Shown one piece after another: positions 1 to 11,989 of a stretch of 64,000 nucleotides of DNA. A program made the translations under genes and the position numbers. Each line of letters begins with the position of its first letter. Within the stretch, counting starts at the first letter, position 1. This DNA is from Entomortierella parvispora E1425. Its lineage: Eukaryota > Fungi > Mortierellomycota. The stretch is taken from positions 1,922,001-1,986,000 of the forward strand of contig BQFW01000015.1 of the NCBI GenBank assembly GCA_020891255.1. The letters are read 5' to 3'. The notes under the pieces were generated by a model. That model was not told the origin of the DNA, searched no databases, and saw only the letters and a list, made by a program, of their open reading frames with translations.

Positions 1-1899
1 GATCCAAAGTCGGAAGATTGTTCACCTCGGACTCAAACGGAACCTATTTCTCGCTCTCCAACAAGTACGTTAGCGAGGGAGACCTCGGTAACGTGGATTT
101 TGAAAAGATGCAGGGTATCGACGGTGTTGCTCTTTTGAACGAGGTCCTTAACCCCAACGAAGCCAATCAAGGAAAGAAGAAGCAGCTTCGTTCTGCAATT
201 ACTTTTGACAATGGTATAGATTGAATCGATCGAAAAATACTGATTTGAATGGTGTCTTGAATGCATGCTGACCTATAGTATATTTTCTCGCTTCTTTTTA
301 TCCTTTTTATTAGGTCACTCTTGGAATCCTCTCAAGGCTCCACAGGTGGATTCTGATGACAAAACATACGAGGCTTGCAAGGTACAGCAATCTTTTTACG
401 AATGTTTATTTGTTATCCCCTTCCTTGTGGAGTTAAGGCAGATCTTGGTGATTGACCTTTGTTCCATCTTTTTTTACTAGAATAACGACTGCTTCCTGAA
501 TCTTCATAACTACCTGGACCGAAAGCATGTGGAGGATCTTTTCAGTTCGTCATCGATTCCCGGCATGGTGATTGGTGTTGGTAATGTTGGCCAGACTCTT
601 GGCGCTTATGAGGATGGTAACACCTTCCTGACTCGCGACGGAGGCTTTTCTTGGAAAGAGATCTTGAAGGGCCCTTACCAATACGACTTTGGTGACCAAG
701 GAAGTATCATCTTGTTGGCCAAGGACAATGATGCGCCTACGGACTGGATCATGTACTCGTTGGATCACGGCGAGACGTTCAAACAATTCATTTTCACGAC
801 CGAGAAGGTGATTATCAAGGATATTATGACCAAGCCCAACGGTATCGGCAAGTCCTTCATGCTCTTTGCCCATCCCCCTTCAGGCTCCTCCCGAGGCATG
901 AGGCAGCTACTCTTCCAGATTGATTTCGAAGGACTGGATTATCCAAAGTGTGTCTTGAACCTGGACGATGAGACCCATGACGACTTTGAGCGATGGAGTC
1001 TGGGCGATTTGAGAGGCACTCCCGACAAGTGTATGTTTGGTCGCAAGGTCGAGTACTTCCGAAGAATCGCCAAAGCCCAGTGTTTTGTAGGCGAACTGGC
1101 GGTCAACCCTCGCGAGATCACACAGGCATGTCAGTGCACAGAGAGGGATTTCGAGTGCGATTACAATTATGAGCCGAACGAGTCGGGTCAATGTGTCCTG
1201 ATCGAGGGCGCGACCCCCGTTACCGTGGATGAGAAAGAGGTTTGCGCCAACCTGCCCGCTGGTCAAGACTTTTTTTACGAGTCGATAGGCTACCGCAAGA
1301 TGGCCTTCTCCAGCTGTGTGGGCGACCATGAGCGGTTCGGAACCAAGAGGTATTGCCCAGGCCGTGGAGGACTCGGGTTCTTCTCTTGGGTTGGCATCTT
1401 GTTGGGCTCTGGCGCATTGGCTTACGGTGTCATCTGGGGCTTGAACAATTACAAGGGACGATTCGGTCGGGGCTCCTTTATCCGTCTGGGCAACGATGTC
1501 TACGATCAGATGCATTTGCCAAGATCGTCGTCCTTGCCGACTATGAACATGCCTCGATCCTTCTCTCGGTCCTGGGGACGCTTCCATGTGCCTAATATGG
1601 TGTACCAAGCTTGGGACAAGGTCACCTCCACTGCGGGTGCCATCGTGCCCCAACGGGTCCGAGGCTTCTTCTCACGCGGAAGTGGATACCGGTACCAGAA
1701 CTTGAGTCAAGAGCCAGGGGAGGTGATCATGGATGATTACTTTGATCATTACCTGGACGACGACGATGAGGATCATGCCTCGGCTACGGTCCTGGGCGAC
1801 GTCGGACTTCGGGATGGACTCGAGGATGCCCAAGAGCGTTACCGGGACGAGTCTGACGAGGACGATGATGGTGAAGAGGATTTGGATACAATGGTTTAG
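1..1899 (+). CDS. VPS10: Vacuolar sorting receptor Vps10/sortilin family, 3' part (gene starts upstream of window)
   Basis: Exons ~3-213, 314-381 and 481-1899 join in frame across GT-AG introns 214-313 and 382-480. Vps10 motifs: DFEKMQGIDGVALLN, ITFDNG.SW, CFLNLH, SSIPGMVIGVGNVG, BNR repeats (TRDGGFSW, YSLDHGETF), Cys-rich 10CC region (CQCTERDFECDYNY), TM helix (FFSWVGILLGSGALAYGVIWGL) and acidic tail. Confidence 0.95.
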
Positions 1900-2052
1900 G
1901 GCAAAAAAAAAAAAAAAAACTGCGCAGAAATGTTTTTTTTTTGTTCATTAGAAATGGAATAAAAAAAACAAAAGACTTTTTATTTTTTTGACGATGACTG
2001 GGATTACTGAAAGTGGAGTGGAGTGGAGTGGAGAGGGCCCTGTTTTTTGTCC

Positions 2053-2821
2053 TTAAGCATGGGTTCCAGTAGGAGCGACCTTGTTGCCCTTGCGGTCATT
2101 GAGACCGGTGCTAGGGTGCCTGGGGTTTGGGGGGTAGGCACGGTGGACACGGAGGCTCTTGCAGAGCTCGGATTCACGCCAGGCTTGAATCTTTGGATTC
2201 TGATCAATGGCCTCCTGGACCTTGAGCAGACCAGGGGCAGTCTCGGGCGTGACAAGGCTCTGGAACTGAGGCATTCTCTGGATCAGACCAAGCAAGGCAC
2301 CCGATCGGAGATCTGCCAAAGAGAGCTATTTGAAAAACAGAGAGAGAGAGAGGAAGGAAGAAAGGAAGCAAATAATGAAGGAGGCAACTCGAAATCGTTA
2401 GCCTTGTTTTCACTTCCAAGGAGTGAACATTTTTTGTCGTGGGAACGAATGATTGTTTTCTCTTACCTGATTTCCAACATAGTGTCCGTTTTGGCCATTG
2501 GCGGCCAAGTGCTCTTCATGGATCTTGATCCACTTTGGGACCTTCTCGGTCATGAAGACACCGACCTTGTCGGCCATGACCTCGGGATGGGTCGTCCTGA
2601 GGGTCGCGGTCATGATGTTGAAATCATCCCAGAGAGCTGAGGTGGACGAGACAAATGATCCGATCAGGTAGCGCTCATACGTGTTCTTGCCCAAGTAGCC
2701 GAATTTCTCGGCCAGGTAGAGTTCAATGTTCTTGACCTCGCCCATCTGGACCGTCTATGACCGAGAAGTGCAAGAAGGAGGATTGAAAAGTCAGCAAGCA
2801 AAAAGGGTCAAAAAACATGCC

Positions 2822-2854
<33 letters not shown>

Positions 2855-3310
2855 AAGTCGTTAACAGGCGTTGGAGGTATCCCCTTGATCGTTACCTTGG
2901 ATCCATCACGAGAATGCACATAGAGAACAGGCAAGACGCAAAAGGGTGTTGAGGCCTTGTCCAGTCCATCTGCATTCTCCCAGTCCTAAATGTTGTTCAA
3001 GCAGTAGCGCAAAAAAAAAAAAAGTGAACAGGGTAAATTGGTTGCGATCAATTGAGTTGAGGAGGCAGGTGAGTGTGAGAGTGAAAGGCAGATGCAAAGA
3101 AAAAGACAGGAAAAGAGAGGATGGACGATTCCGTACCTGGGGATACAGCTGTTTCCAGGTGGCGCCACCGAGTGCAAAGAGGTTGCGGATCGTGCCACAG
3201 ATACCTTCGGTATCAAAGTACAGGAGCGAATACGACGCCTGGGGATCGTCCAGGACGGCAGCCTCAGCAGCGGTGCTGACACTGTTAGAAGAAGGGTAGA
3301 CAGAAACCAT
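2053..3310 (-). CDS. Glutathione S-transferase (Tyr-type N-terminus, sigma-like)
   Basis: Spliced minus-strand exons give YSLLYFDTEGICGTIRNLFALGG...TPF.VLPVL...NIELYLAEKFGYLG...HEEHLAANGQNGHY...ADLRSGALL...PGLLKVQEAIDQNPKIQAW, the GST N- and C-domain pattern. Confidence 0.85.
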
Positions 3311-3984
3311 GTTGTCTTATTTTAGGAACAAAACGGAATAGACAAGGGAATGAGGATGAAGAAGCAAAGAAGAAAAAGAAGGAATGAGCTGAAGAAGAAG
3401 AATGAAGAGATGCAAGAGCAGGCAGGCCCAAACGTCCATCTTAAGAGCACGCGTGCACACGGTCCTCATTTCCGCTGCACTTACTGTCGTACCTTTTCTC
3501 CACACGGTGGGAAATGGCCCCAAACTTTGAAACGCGCAGCCTTTTTTTTCTTTGGTAAAGTAAAGAAAATCCAAAATCCAGACTAAATTTGCCTGATCAG
3601 AGCAGGGGTGCAAAAAATTGGGTTCCCAGTCTGGAAAGACAAATTCACGTCCACGATACACTTCTCCGCCGCTGGAAGTTTTTTTTTATGCATGGCCAAA
3701 GCAGTAAACAGCATCGTCCTGCAACCCCCCGTATCTCGTTAGTCTTTCATGCCTTGCAAAAACCAGGAAAGAAGGCTCTTTTCTATCGGCCCTGGTCTGT
3801 GTGGGGGATGACCGAGTAACTTTGTTTTTTCTGGGTTGTTCATGCACGGTGTGGATGTTCTCCGATGGCGCGACTCACTGGTATCGCCATGGGGTTTTTC
3901 TTTCTTTCTTGTTTTATTAGCCTTCAAAAAAAAGTGATATAGATGTCTACAAGCCCTTTCTGTCATTCTTTTCATTCTTTTCTT

Positions 3985-6460
3985 TCAGTCATCGTCCACT
4001 TGAATGCCTTCCAAGATGGGGATGATTTGATCCCAGAGCGCTGCCCCCTTCTCAAAAAACTCGACTCGTCCCGCACTGTAATCCAAAAGGCACTGTCGCA
4101 AGTCCTTTGTCTTTTGCAGCTGAAAGATTTCAAATTCCTTTGAGGTCTCGTTCGAGAACGCCACGGAGATATCATTGCTCTTCTCCACCGCATCCTGAAG
4201 CTATATTGTTTGAATAACAAAAGGAAATAAAGACGAGAATAGGTCAGTGGATCGAAGATAAGGTTCATGGCGTACAGACACACTCCAGACACACGGGTTC
4301 TTGTTCATCAAGGCAAGTCCCTCTGCACACTCTCCTCCAATGCAGGCTTATCCGAACTTCAAGCGTAAGAGTGTTGCTCCCTTTGGTTACCTCATGGATA
4401 CGCTCGGCAACTCGCTTCAGTTTGTCTTGCTTGGCACGCTCCTGATCAACGCCTTTGATTTCGTCCATTTTTTGTTGGAAGAATCCTCCAATCGAGCCTG
4501 TACCGCCAAGTCGTCCGTTGCTCTTGAGTCTATCCCGCTCTGCCACCTGCTGTTGTAAGAAGTCCGAGAGCTCTTCAAAATCTAATTGCTTTTGATCACG
4601 CAGCTTGAGGACACTCTGTGACAAAACAAACAAAAAAATATTAGTCAGTATCGCCTGTCTGTATTCATTTACATTCTCCCCCTCTCCAGTTATTGGACGA
4701 GTGGTCAGTACCTTGACACTGTTGCAGTATGCCAGACATTCGTGAATTTGCGACAAGAACTCGGCATCCTCTCTTGTAGACTATAGAACAAAGTAAAATT
4801 TAGCTCTTACATTCATATCAAAATTTCCTACAGATAACCCATACCATGAAAGAAAAATATGACTTACCAGGTCATTCATCACCTTGGCGTAGCTGGCAAC
4901 AGTATGCGCAAAACGATGCAAAGGCTCTGTGATCCCGGTCTCGAGATTGCCCAATCCTGCGACACTACCGCCAAATTCACGGTAGTCAATCTCCAATTCC
5001 TCCTGTCGCTTCAAGATCCGCTGTTCAAGCTTCTCCAGACTCTGAAGGTTCTCTTCCAACTTGTCGACCTCGTCCCTCATCGCCACAAACTTCTCATCGG
5101 GCTTTTTGATCTTTGCAAAAGCGTTCAACAGCACATCTCCAATGGTATCCAATCGTCCCTCATCCTGTCGCCTCTTGTTCTGCTGTGCCAGATCCGAATT
5201 CCAGTCTCTCGAGTCCAAAAACACCCGGAGACACTCGGCCCGTTGCAGAACTGGATGCACCGCAATCTTTTGAAGGAATCGCTCCAGACTCGCCCGTCTC
5301 TTTTCTACAAACTCTGCACTGAATCGGTCACCACGAACATATCCTGCAGAGATGAAAAAGGAAGTATAAGAGAGTGAGTATAGAGAGCTACTCTACAAAG
5401 ATCCAACAAAAAGAAGACTAGTTTCTTTCAAACGTACTCATGCGGTGCTTATCTGGCAGGGGAGGCAACACAGCGGCGGGGTAGTCTCGACTGAGAACAT
5501 TGTGAAGCCATGTAAAGTCCTGGAATCGTCGACGAACCGAAGATGTGGGCCCCAAAAAGTCCTTCATTGTTGTCTATGCAGAAAAAAAAAAGAGCGTAAG
5601 CGGAGGCGAGTGGAGTGGGACGCGTGTCGTGTGCAGAATTAGAAAATAATCCGGCTTAAAAAAAGGCTTGGCGAGCGGGCTTAAAAAAGAGCTGTCAGAC
5701 GGAAAAAAGTGGATCTCACATTACCTTTGTGTTGACTTGGTACGAGATGAAGCTATCGGAAGATCCCTCCTTTTCCCTATGAGCATCCGTTACGGTGATC
5801 TCCATGGGGATCAGGTTGGCCAACTGCGTAGCTGCAGTGGTCGACAGGGACATCTCGCTCAAGGCACGAACTGTGTCACGCTTCACTGCCTTTCCTGGAG
5901 CATGCGACTATCAAGCGATATCAAGCCAAAGACAGAGAATAGGGTCACAGCCAATGTTAGCCACAAGAAAGGAGCAAGGGTGATGGGAGACATTCTGAAA
6001 GAGGAAGAAAGATACGCGGCGAGACTTGGCCTTCCAATCTTACCCTGTAAACTTGTTGGTGCGCTGGGTTGTCGTCCTCGTCGTCGTCGTTTGAATACAG
6101 GTTGGTGCTGTGTCCATTGCGGTGACTATCTTGGTGAAGACCAGAGGATGCAGTGGCAGAGGACGAAGAGGCGCCGTGAATGTCAATGACCTCACTGTCC
6201 AGGGGTTCATCTGCCCATGCGGAGGTCTCTGCGGGCAGAATGGTAGACGAGGCTGCAGCAGTAATGTCAGCCAAGTCATCGTCGTCTAAACCGACGTGGT
6301 CATCGCCATCGTCCTCATCCGAGGAGGCAAAGAGGGACGAGTGCATGTTGCTATTGTTGTTGTTGTTGCTGCTGCCGTGGTGAGTTTCGTCCCCGTTGTG
6401 GTCGGCGGAGGAGTAAGTGTCCCATGCCACAGAGCTGTAGCCGACGTCGTTGTTGTCCAT
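3985..6460 (-). CDS. SNX4: Sorting nexin-4 / Atg24 (PX-BAR)
   Basis: Multi-exon gene. PX domain: ITVTDAHREKEGSSDSFISYQVNTK / SVRRRFQDFTWLHNVLSRDYPAAVLPPLPDKHRM / YVRGDRFSAEFVEKRRASLERFLQKIAVHPVLQR. BAR helices follow (KQLDFEELSDFLQ; FSNETSKEFEIFQ). N-terminus is acidic and low-complexity. Confidence 0.93.
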
Positions 6461-7260
6461 GGCGGCTTCTTGTTTTAGTTGTCACTGTTGGTGGTCCCGC
6501 TTGCGAAGAGTCTAGCGAACAAAGGCGGGGCTGAGGAAAGGAACTGTGGAGTGCAAAAGAGAAGAAGGAACAAAGAGGAGAGATGGAGGTGGTCAAGTCA
6601 AGGTGGAATGTGGGTTGGACGTTGGACCATCGTTGGCATCCATCACGTGGCGCTTTTACGAGAATAAAATACATTGTTTAAAAGGTAAAAATAATACGGC
6701 ACATTTCGAGAGCGAGCTCTGGACGCGCCAAACTTTTTTTTTTTTTTTTTTTTTGCAACATTTTATTTGCTATGTCGAGCCAAAGAAGTGAAGTGCAATA
6801 CCAAACTATCTACAACCTGAGCAAAGCCGCGTGGTCCAGACGAACAAAGACCCCGGATCCCCGCGCAACAAATGCCACGGCTCGTCACCGTGTAATAAAG
6901 AAGAGTAAAATGTTACAAAAAATGGATCTTCCCCATCTTTTCTAATGTCGATAAGTGAACCTGGCCACGCACACAAGCCAGTAAGCGCTGGTCGGCCAGC
7001 TCTGGACGCGCCAAACATTCACGCCTCGCTTCTTGCATTGACATCACCTCGCCCTTTGCATCTTTCTGCTCAACATATCATCTCCCACTGTCTCTCTAAA
7101 CCCATTCACTCTGCACAACCCTGGTAATGATGTCTTTCTTTCTTCTTTGCACAACTTTCTAATGCACTATCCTTCTCGACGTGGGTGATTTACGAGCACG
7201 GTGCACTTGGGTCGCCTGTGCAGTTGGAGTGGGGGGGGGGTGTTCACTATATGAAAATTG

Positions 7261-9496
7261 GACGACAAGCTGAACAACTCAATAGGACAGCACTGTACAA
7301 GAGCCGACTTGTTTTTTGTGGTTATTTGAGAAAACAATAGCGACTCGACGGGGAAGCTTTCGTGGGCCCTGCAGGAGCTCGGCAAGGAGCTCGACAAGGA
7401 ACGCGTTTTCATCACGTCCTTTTCAAAGAATTTTCGATTATACGATAGAGACCTGGCCGAGGCCGACTATGCGCATCTCATTGGCCATCCTGGTATACCG
7501 AAAGCGCGTCGTAAGAAACTCCGTGAAGTATTCAATGCTTTCAACAGAAGGCATGGCTTGCATTATTGGTCTCAACGCGGCAGTTGTTGTCACGGCCGTA
7601 TTGCCGCCGCCCACCCAGAGTAGGCCCCCTTTCACTTTCACATAACTGTTTGGCTCTTTCAATTGCTGACTAAATTTCGATTGATAGAAAGAGTCGAGTA
7701 TGTCGAGAACAACTGCAGTGGGCGCTGCGGAAAATGAAAAAGCCACAGAAAGGGGAACGCATCTCACTGCCTTCGTTTGCAGAGATGTTCGATTACTACG
7801 GGCAAGGATCCGCGGAGAGAGACCATGAGGCCCTTATCGCGAGCCCTGAGATCAACTCATCGTCGGTTCTCCTCCGAACTTCACTCAAAGCTTTTAATGC
7901 GAACCGGGCAGCAAGCTTCTGGCTGAGGCGTCGCGCAGTCAATCAATCAACTGTAAGTGCAAACAAGGGAGATCTCGACTCTATTAAAGTGGGCCACCAA
8001 GTACAGTCAAATATTCTCAGCAGCTCCATGTTGATGAGAAGCCTAGTCGTCCAATCACAGCCATATCGACATTGACAAAGACGTGCATGAGTCGGTCTGC
8101 TACAAGGACCATGGCCGATGAAGTTCAGGAAAGCCGGCGACGATGATAGCGGCATGAAGCATACGAAGAGACTGATGAAGAAAGTCCGGTCTTCAGGTCC
8201 ACGGGTAAAAGTCTCGTAAGGTTAGCTACGATAAAGTCACCAAGTCAATCGAAGCACCAGCTTCCGCATCGAGGCGTTCTTCATTTTCTGCAGGCAGAAA
8301 ATCGTCTCGACGACTCTCTATTTCCCCGTCAATTTACTCCGCAGAGGAATATCGAGTCAATCGATATCGGTGGTCCGTTCTTTAGAAGTCAGCTTAAAGG
8401 TGCAGAGCTCGTCAACAAGTACTGGGTACAAGCAACAATAGAAAACATTCACTTGTTCTTGGAAGCGAACAGTCGACATTAGGCGGCTTGCCATAACACG
8501 TATTGCATTTTAGTCATCCCCACATCTTCCACCATATTAGGGCACAAACTCTGCGCCTAAAGGAATGAAGCCCAGCGATTTCTAAAGAGTTAAAAGTCTG
8601 TTCGTGGGTGAAATGAGAGTTTTACTCAAGGATCAATCAGACTTTTGCGTTTCTCTTCAGCAGGAGCTCGCTCGTTCGGGCCGAATAGCGCCACGATTGT
8701 TTGAAGATCCTGCCTAAGCTGATATATTGGCCGACACTCTGGCTCCTTTTTCAAATCCTGTAAGTTCCTACCCTAAATTTATAACATGAAGACCAGCATT
8801 TCACATGAGGTAAATCCTGACCTTGCGAACTACTAATTGAAATTGTTGAAGAGCTACCAAGCTTCCACGAAAAAGCGTACCATGGGAGAAGGAACGGGAA
8901 GACACATTCGCTCATTCTAATTTCGTCCCACTGTGGACATCAGTCTTTTCGGGTGATTCTGGATACAGAGTGAAGTGGGCGAACGAGGTGGATGCAGTTT
9001 CTCTTGCGCGTAGTGGGAATGGTCGGAAAGCTGACAGAACACTATCCCAAGCCTCTGCAGTTCTTTGCCATGTCGAGATAAAGTCGCCATGACAAGTGTT
9101 CTGCCTCAGGGACTCGTCAACTCATTACTGGAGGCTTGCAAACTTGTCCAAAGACCGCATTGACGCTCATCTGACACACGGCAAGTCCATTCGGAAAGTC
9201 GCCTCTGTTCAAGTCTTTGGTATGATTCCCCCTTCTGTCTTGTGGCGTAATTTTTTTCTTTTTCTTTTTTAATCTCAAAATGGAGTTGTCCCACGGAATT
9301 TACCATTGGTCATTGTTGGGCACCTGCTATCTCCCCATGAACACTTTAGACACCTGCAGAGTTATCCAATGCTTGCAGGTGTTGGGAACTTTAAAGGTAC
9401 GAAACTCGACTTTGTGCTATGATATCGAAATCGTGACACCAATCCAAAGTCTCAAGAAATCGATTGTCAGCCCAATGAGGCGACCTTTCTTCTAAA
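7261..9496 (+). pseudogene. Decayed spliced gene: two tandem copies of an unnamed ~75-aa domain followed by a PD-(D/E)xK-like nuclease-fold domain
   Basis: Protein-like frames are separated by plausible introns (7620-7687, 7953-8020, from ~8760, from ~9220). In-frame stops lie at 7327 (TGA), 8715 (TAA) and 9090 (TGA), with a frameshift near 8870. C-terminal motifs: EDTF..SNFVPLWTSVF..WANE..GRKAD..HVEIKSP*..YWRLANLSKDRID..VQVFG..MELSHGIYHWSLLGTCYLP. Confidence 0.7.
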
Positions 9497-9862
9497 TACA
9501 GCCGTGTGGTGGCTCAGCAGTGCTTTTACACCCCAGCCACTGTGGGATCATACCAAGATCATAGGCAAAGACGCAGTGCCCTTTGTTGAAGAGGAAGCAG
9601 AACAGAGGGCTGAGGCTGCTCGGTTTGATTTCAAATAAAAGAGCAGTTTTACTCTGTTTTATCGCCCGACTTAGGCGTTTGTGGGTCTGTGATCAAGTCA
9701 TGCCTTGCTGACTGCGGAAACCAATTTCCAGCATTGCTCTAGTCTATATCAGTCATTAGTTGACCTTTTTAGTGAGAGTAGACGCTAGACTTGGTGAGAA
9801 GGACTTTTGGAATATGTAAGTATGTAAGTTATATTAGAATGAATTTCATCAAAACTGAAGAA

Positions 9863-11962
9863 CTATGGAGTGACAATGGCATGCGGGTTGCCTGGAGGAC
9901 GTTCTTCCATGTAGTTATCATAGTCTGCTTTCTTGGCTGTCAAGGAAACTGGAGGGACAGTGACAGGGATCACCGCCATGGACGCACCGACAGGGGGCTG
10001 GTGGTAAATCACAGGAGTCGATTCTACATAGCTGGAGTTGCCCTCGACATACCCTCCATGGATGGGACCCACTGGGGGTCGAATAGGAGGAGAGGGTACA
10101 GCAGTCGAGAAAGCGTTTAGACCTGCTGTAGCATCGTACGTGTTGAAGGCCGCGACGGAGCCAGAGTTCGTGCCCGTGCTATAGTATGTCTGCGGCTGGT
10201 AGTAGCCCGCATCTTGGTACTGATGAGGCTGCTGATAAGCCAAATGTTGTTGTTGTTGCTGCTGTTGTTGCAACTGCTGCTCCTGCTGCAGCTGCAAAAG
10301 TCTCCGCTGGAGCTCGAGCTGTTCCTGCTGGTTCTGCAACTGAAGTCTCAATCGTTGCAATTCTTCGTCTTCCTGTTGTTGTGCCGATTGCGGTGGAGGC
10401 ATCTTGCGCTCATCCTGATCATCGCTGTCTCCGGTCGTATTGACGAGCGAGGGCCGGTGAAGACGTCCTCGGAAGATAAAGAGCAAGACTCCAGCACTGA
10501 CCAATGCGATACCGCCTACAATGCCACCAGCAATGGCGCCAGCGTGGTTCGATGAGGTAGAGGAAGAATCGCCAGATCCAGAATTGGGGCTGGTTCCTGG
10601 ACTAGGGACTGATGGTGACTCTTTTGCTCTTTCAGCGATGTAGGAAGCAGGAGGGGTATATTGCGTGAGCCAAGTGCTGCTGGTGAGGTTGTAAATCATG
10701 ACACTCGCAGGGGCCAAGAGACTGTTGTTGTCAATGCCGCCCCAGATCAAGAGTTGATCACCTGCAATTGTACAGGTTGCATAGATACGAGGTGCACCAG
10801 CGACTCCTTGACTCCAGGCGCCTGTTGCAGTATTCAAGATATAGACATCTCCTGTAAAGGGTGCACCGTTTGCTGGGCGACCACCATAGAGAACCACCAA
10901 GGATCCATCATCGTCTATACCGATGGCGAGCGTTAGATCTCGAGGTCAAAGAGCACTCTCCGTCACTTAATGGCTTAGTCTGCCCTTGCCCACTTACTTG
11001 CGGTCATGCAGAGATCAGCTCGCATTGAAGGCGCTGTCCCTGATGTTGTCTTTTGTGTTTGTTTTTTTTGTTGTGAGCAAAAGTGCAATGGAGAAATGAA
11101 GAAGAGTTGAGCAAAAAAGAGCAACATTGTTGTAAGAGGACAAAACAAAACCCAAGAAAAAAAAAAAGAGGGAACAACGGAGAAACTGTTTTTAACGGCC
11201 ATCTTTTCATTTGGTCAGGATCAGAATGCTTACCATGTTGCTGAAGGTATTGGTCGAGGGGACGTATTCGGTCACTACATTGTCATTCAGGAGTGTTTGC
11301 AACGTAGCGTTGTAGCCGCCAAAGTACAGGATGCTATTGCGGCTTTTGCACCACACATTGGCATAGTAGGAACGACTCGCAAAGACGGTCGTGGCTGCGG
11401 GCATGGGTTGCTGCGAAAGTGAATCCGACGAAAAACTGTAAATGTCCATAGAGTTGCGCGTACCGTCGGTGTATCCTCCCGCAAGATAGACCAGGCCCGT
11501 GTTCTGGTCCGTCACGGCTCCAACACCCTGCAAGCCAGCATAGGCAGCCTGAGCGTTGGAGGGGGTCCATTGACCCGAGGTGATAGAGTAGCGGTAGGAT
11601 GCAGTCGTACCGCCAGAGTGAAAGGTGACCATGGTCTTTTGGTCTAGGGAGAACACGGCCGGAAAGATGTTTTGCTGTGGCCCATCACTGAGCTGGGACC
11701 ACGCAGGGGTGTTGGTTGTCCAGTTGGCAGCGAGGTCAAGGGAGAAGAATTGACCATAGTTGATGTTGTTGGCGGTTCCACCGAGGATATAGAGTCGGGT
11801 GTTTGTGCGGGCAAAGGCAGGCCCTTGGACAGGCAAAGGAGCCGTTGCCTGTCCCTGGACATTGGAGGGCAATAGCAAACTTAGAGCAAGAAGGATAACA
11901 AGAGCGGCAGACGCAAAAGATTGCTGCGGTGGTCTGTGAGATGGGTATGTCGAGGGAGTCAT
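9863..11962 (-). CDS. Secreted kelch/galactose-oxidase-type beta-propeller, single-pass membrane protein with polyQ cytoplasmic tail
   Basis: Signal peptide (AALVILLALSLLLPSNVQG) and six kelch hydrophobic-GG motifs (LYILGG, TFHSGG, VYLAGG, ILYFGG, VVLYGG, LLIWGG). These are followed by a Ser/Pro stalk, a TM helix (AGAIAGGIVGGIALVSAGVLLFIF) and a Q-rich tail. Three exons (~11962-11233, ~11054-11000, 10914-9863). Confidence 0.85.
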
Positions 11963-11989
11963 TACGATGGGCGAGGATACATGCAGCGA

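Noticed and set aside
9090-9092. In-frame TGA as selenocysteine or readthrough
   Set aside because: The same gene also has a TAA and frameshifts, so it is a pseudogene.
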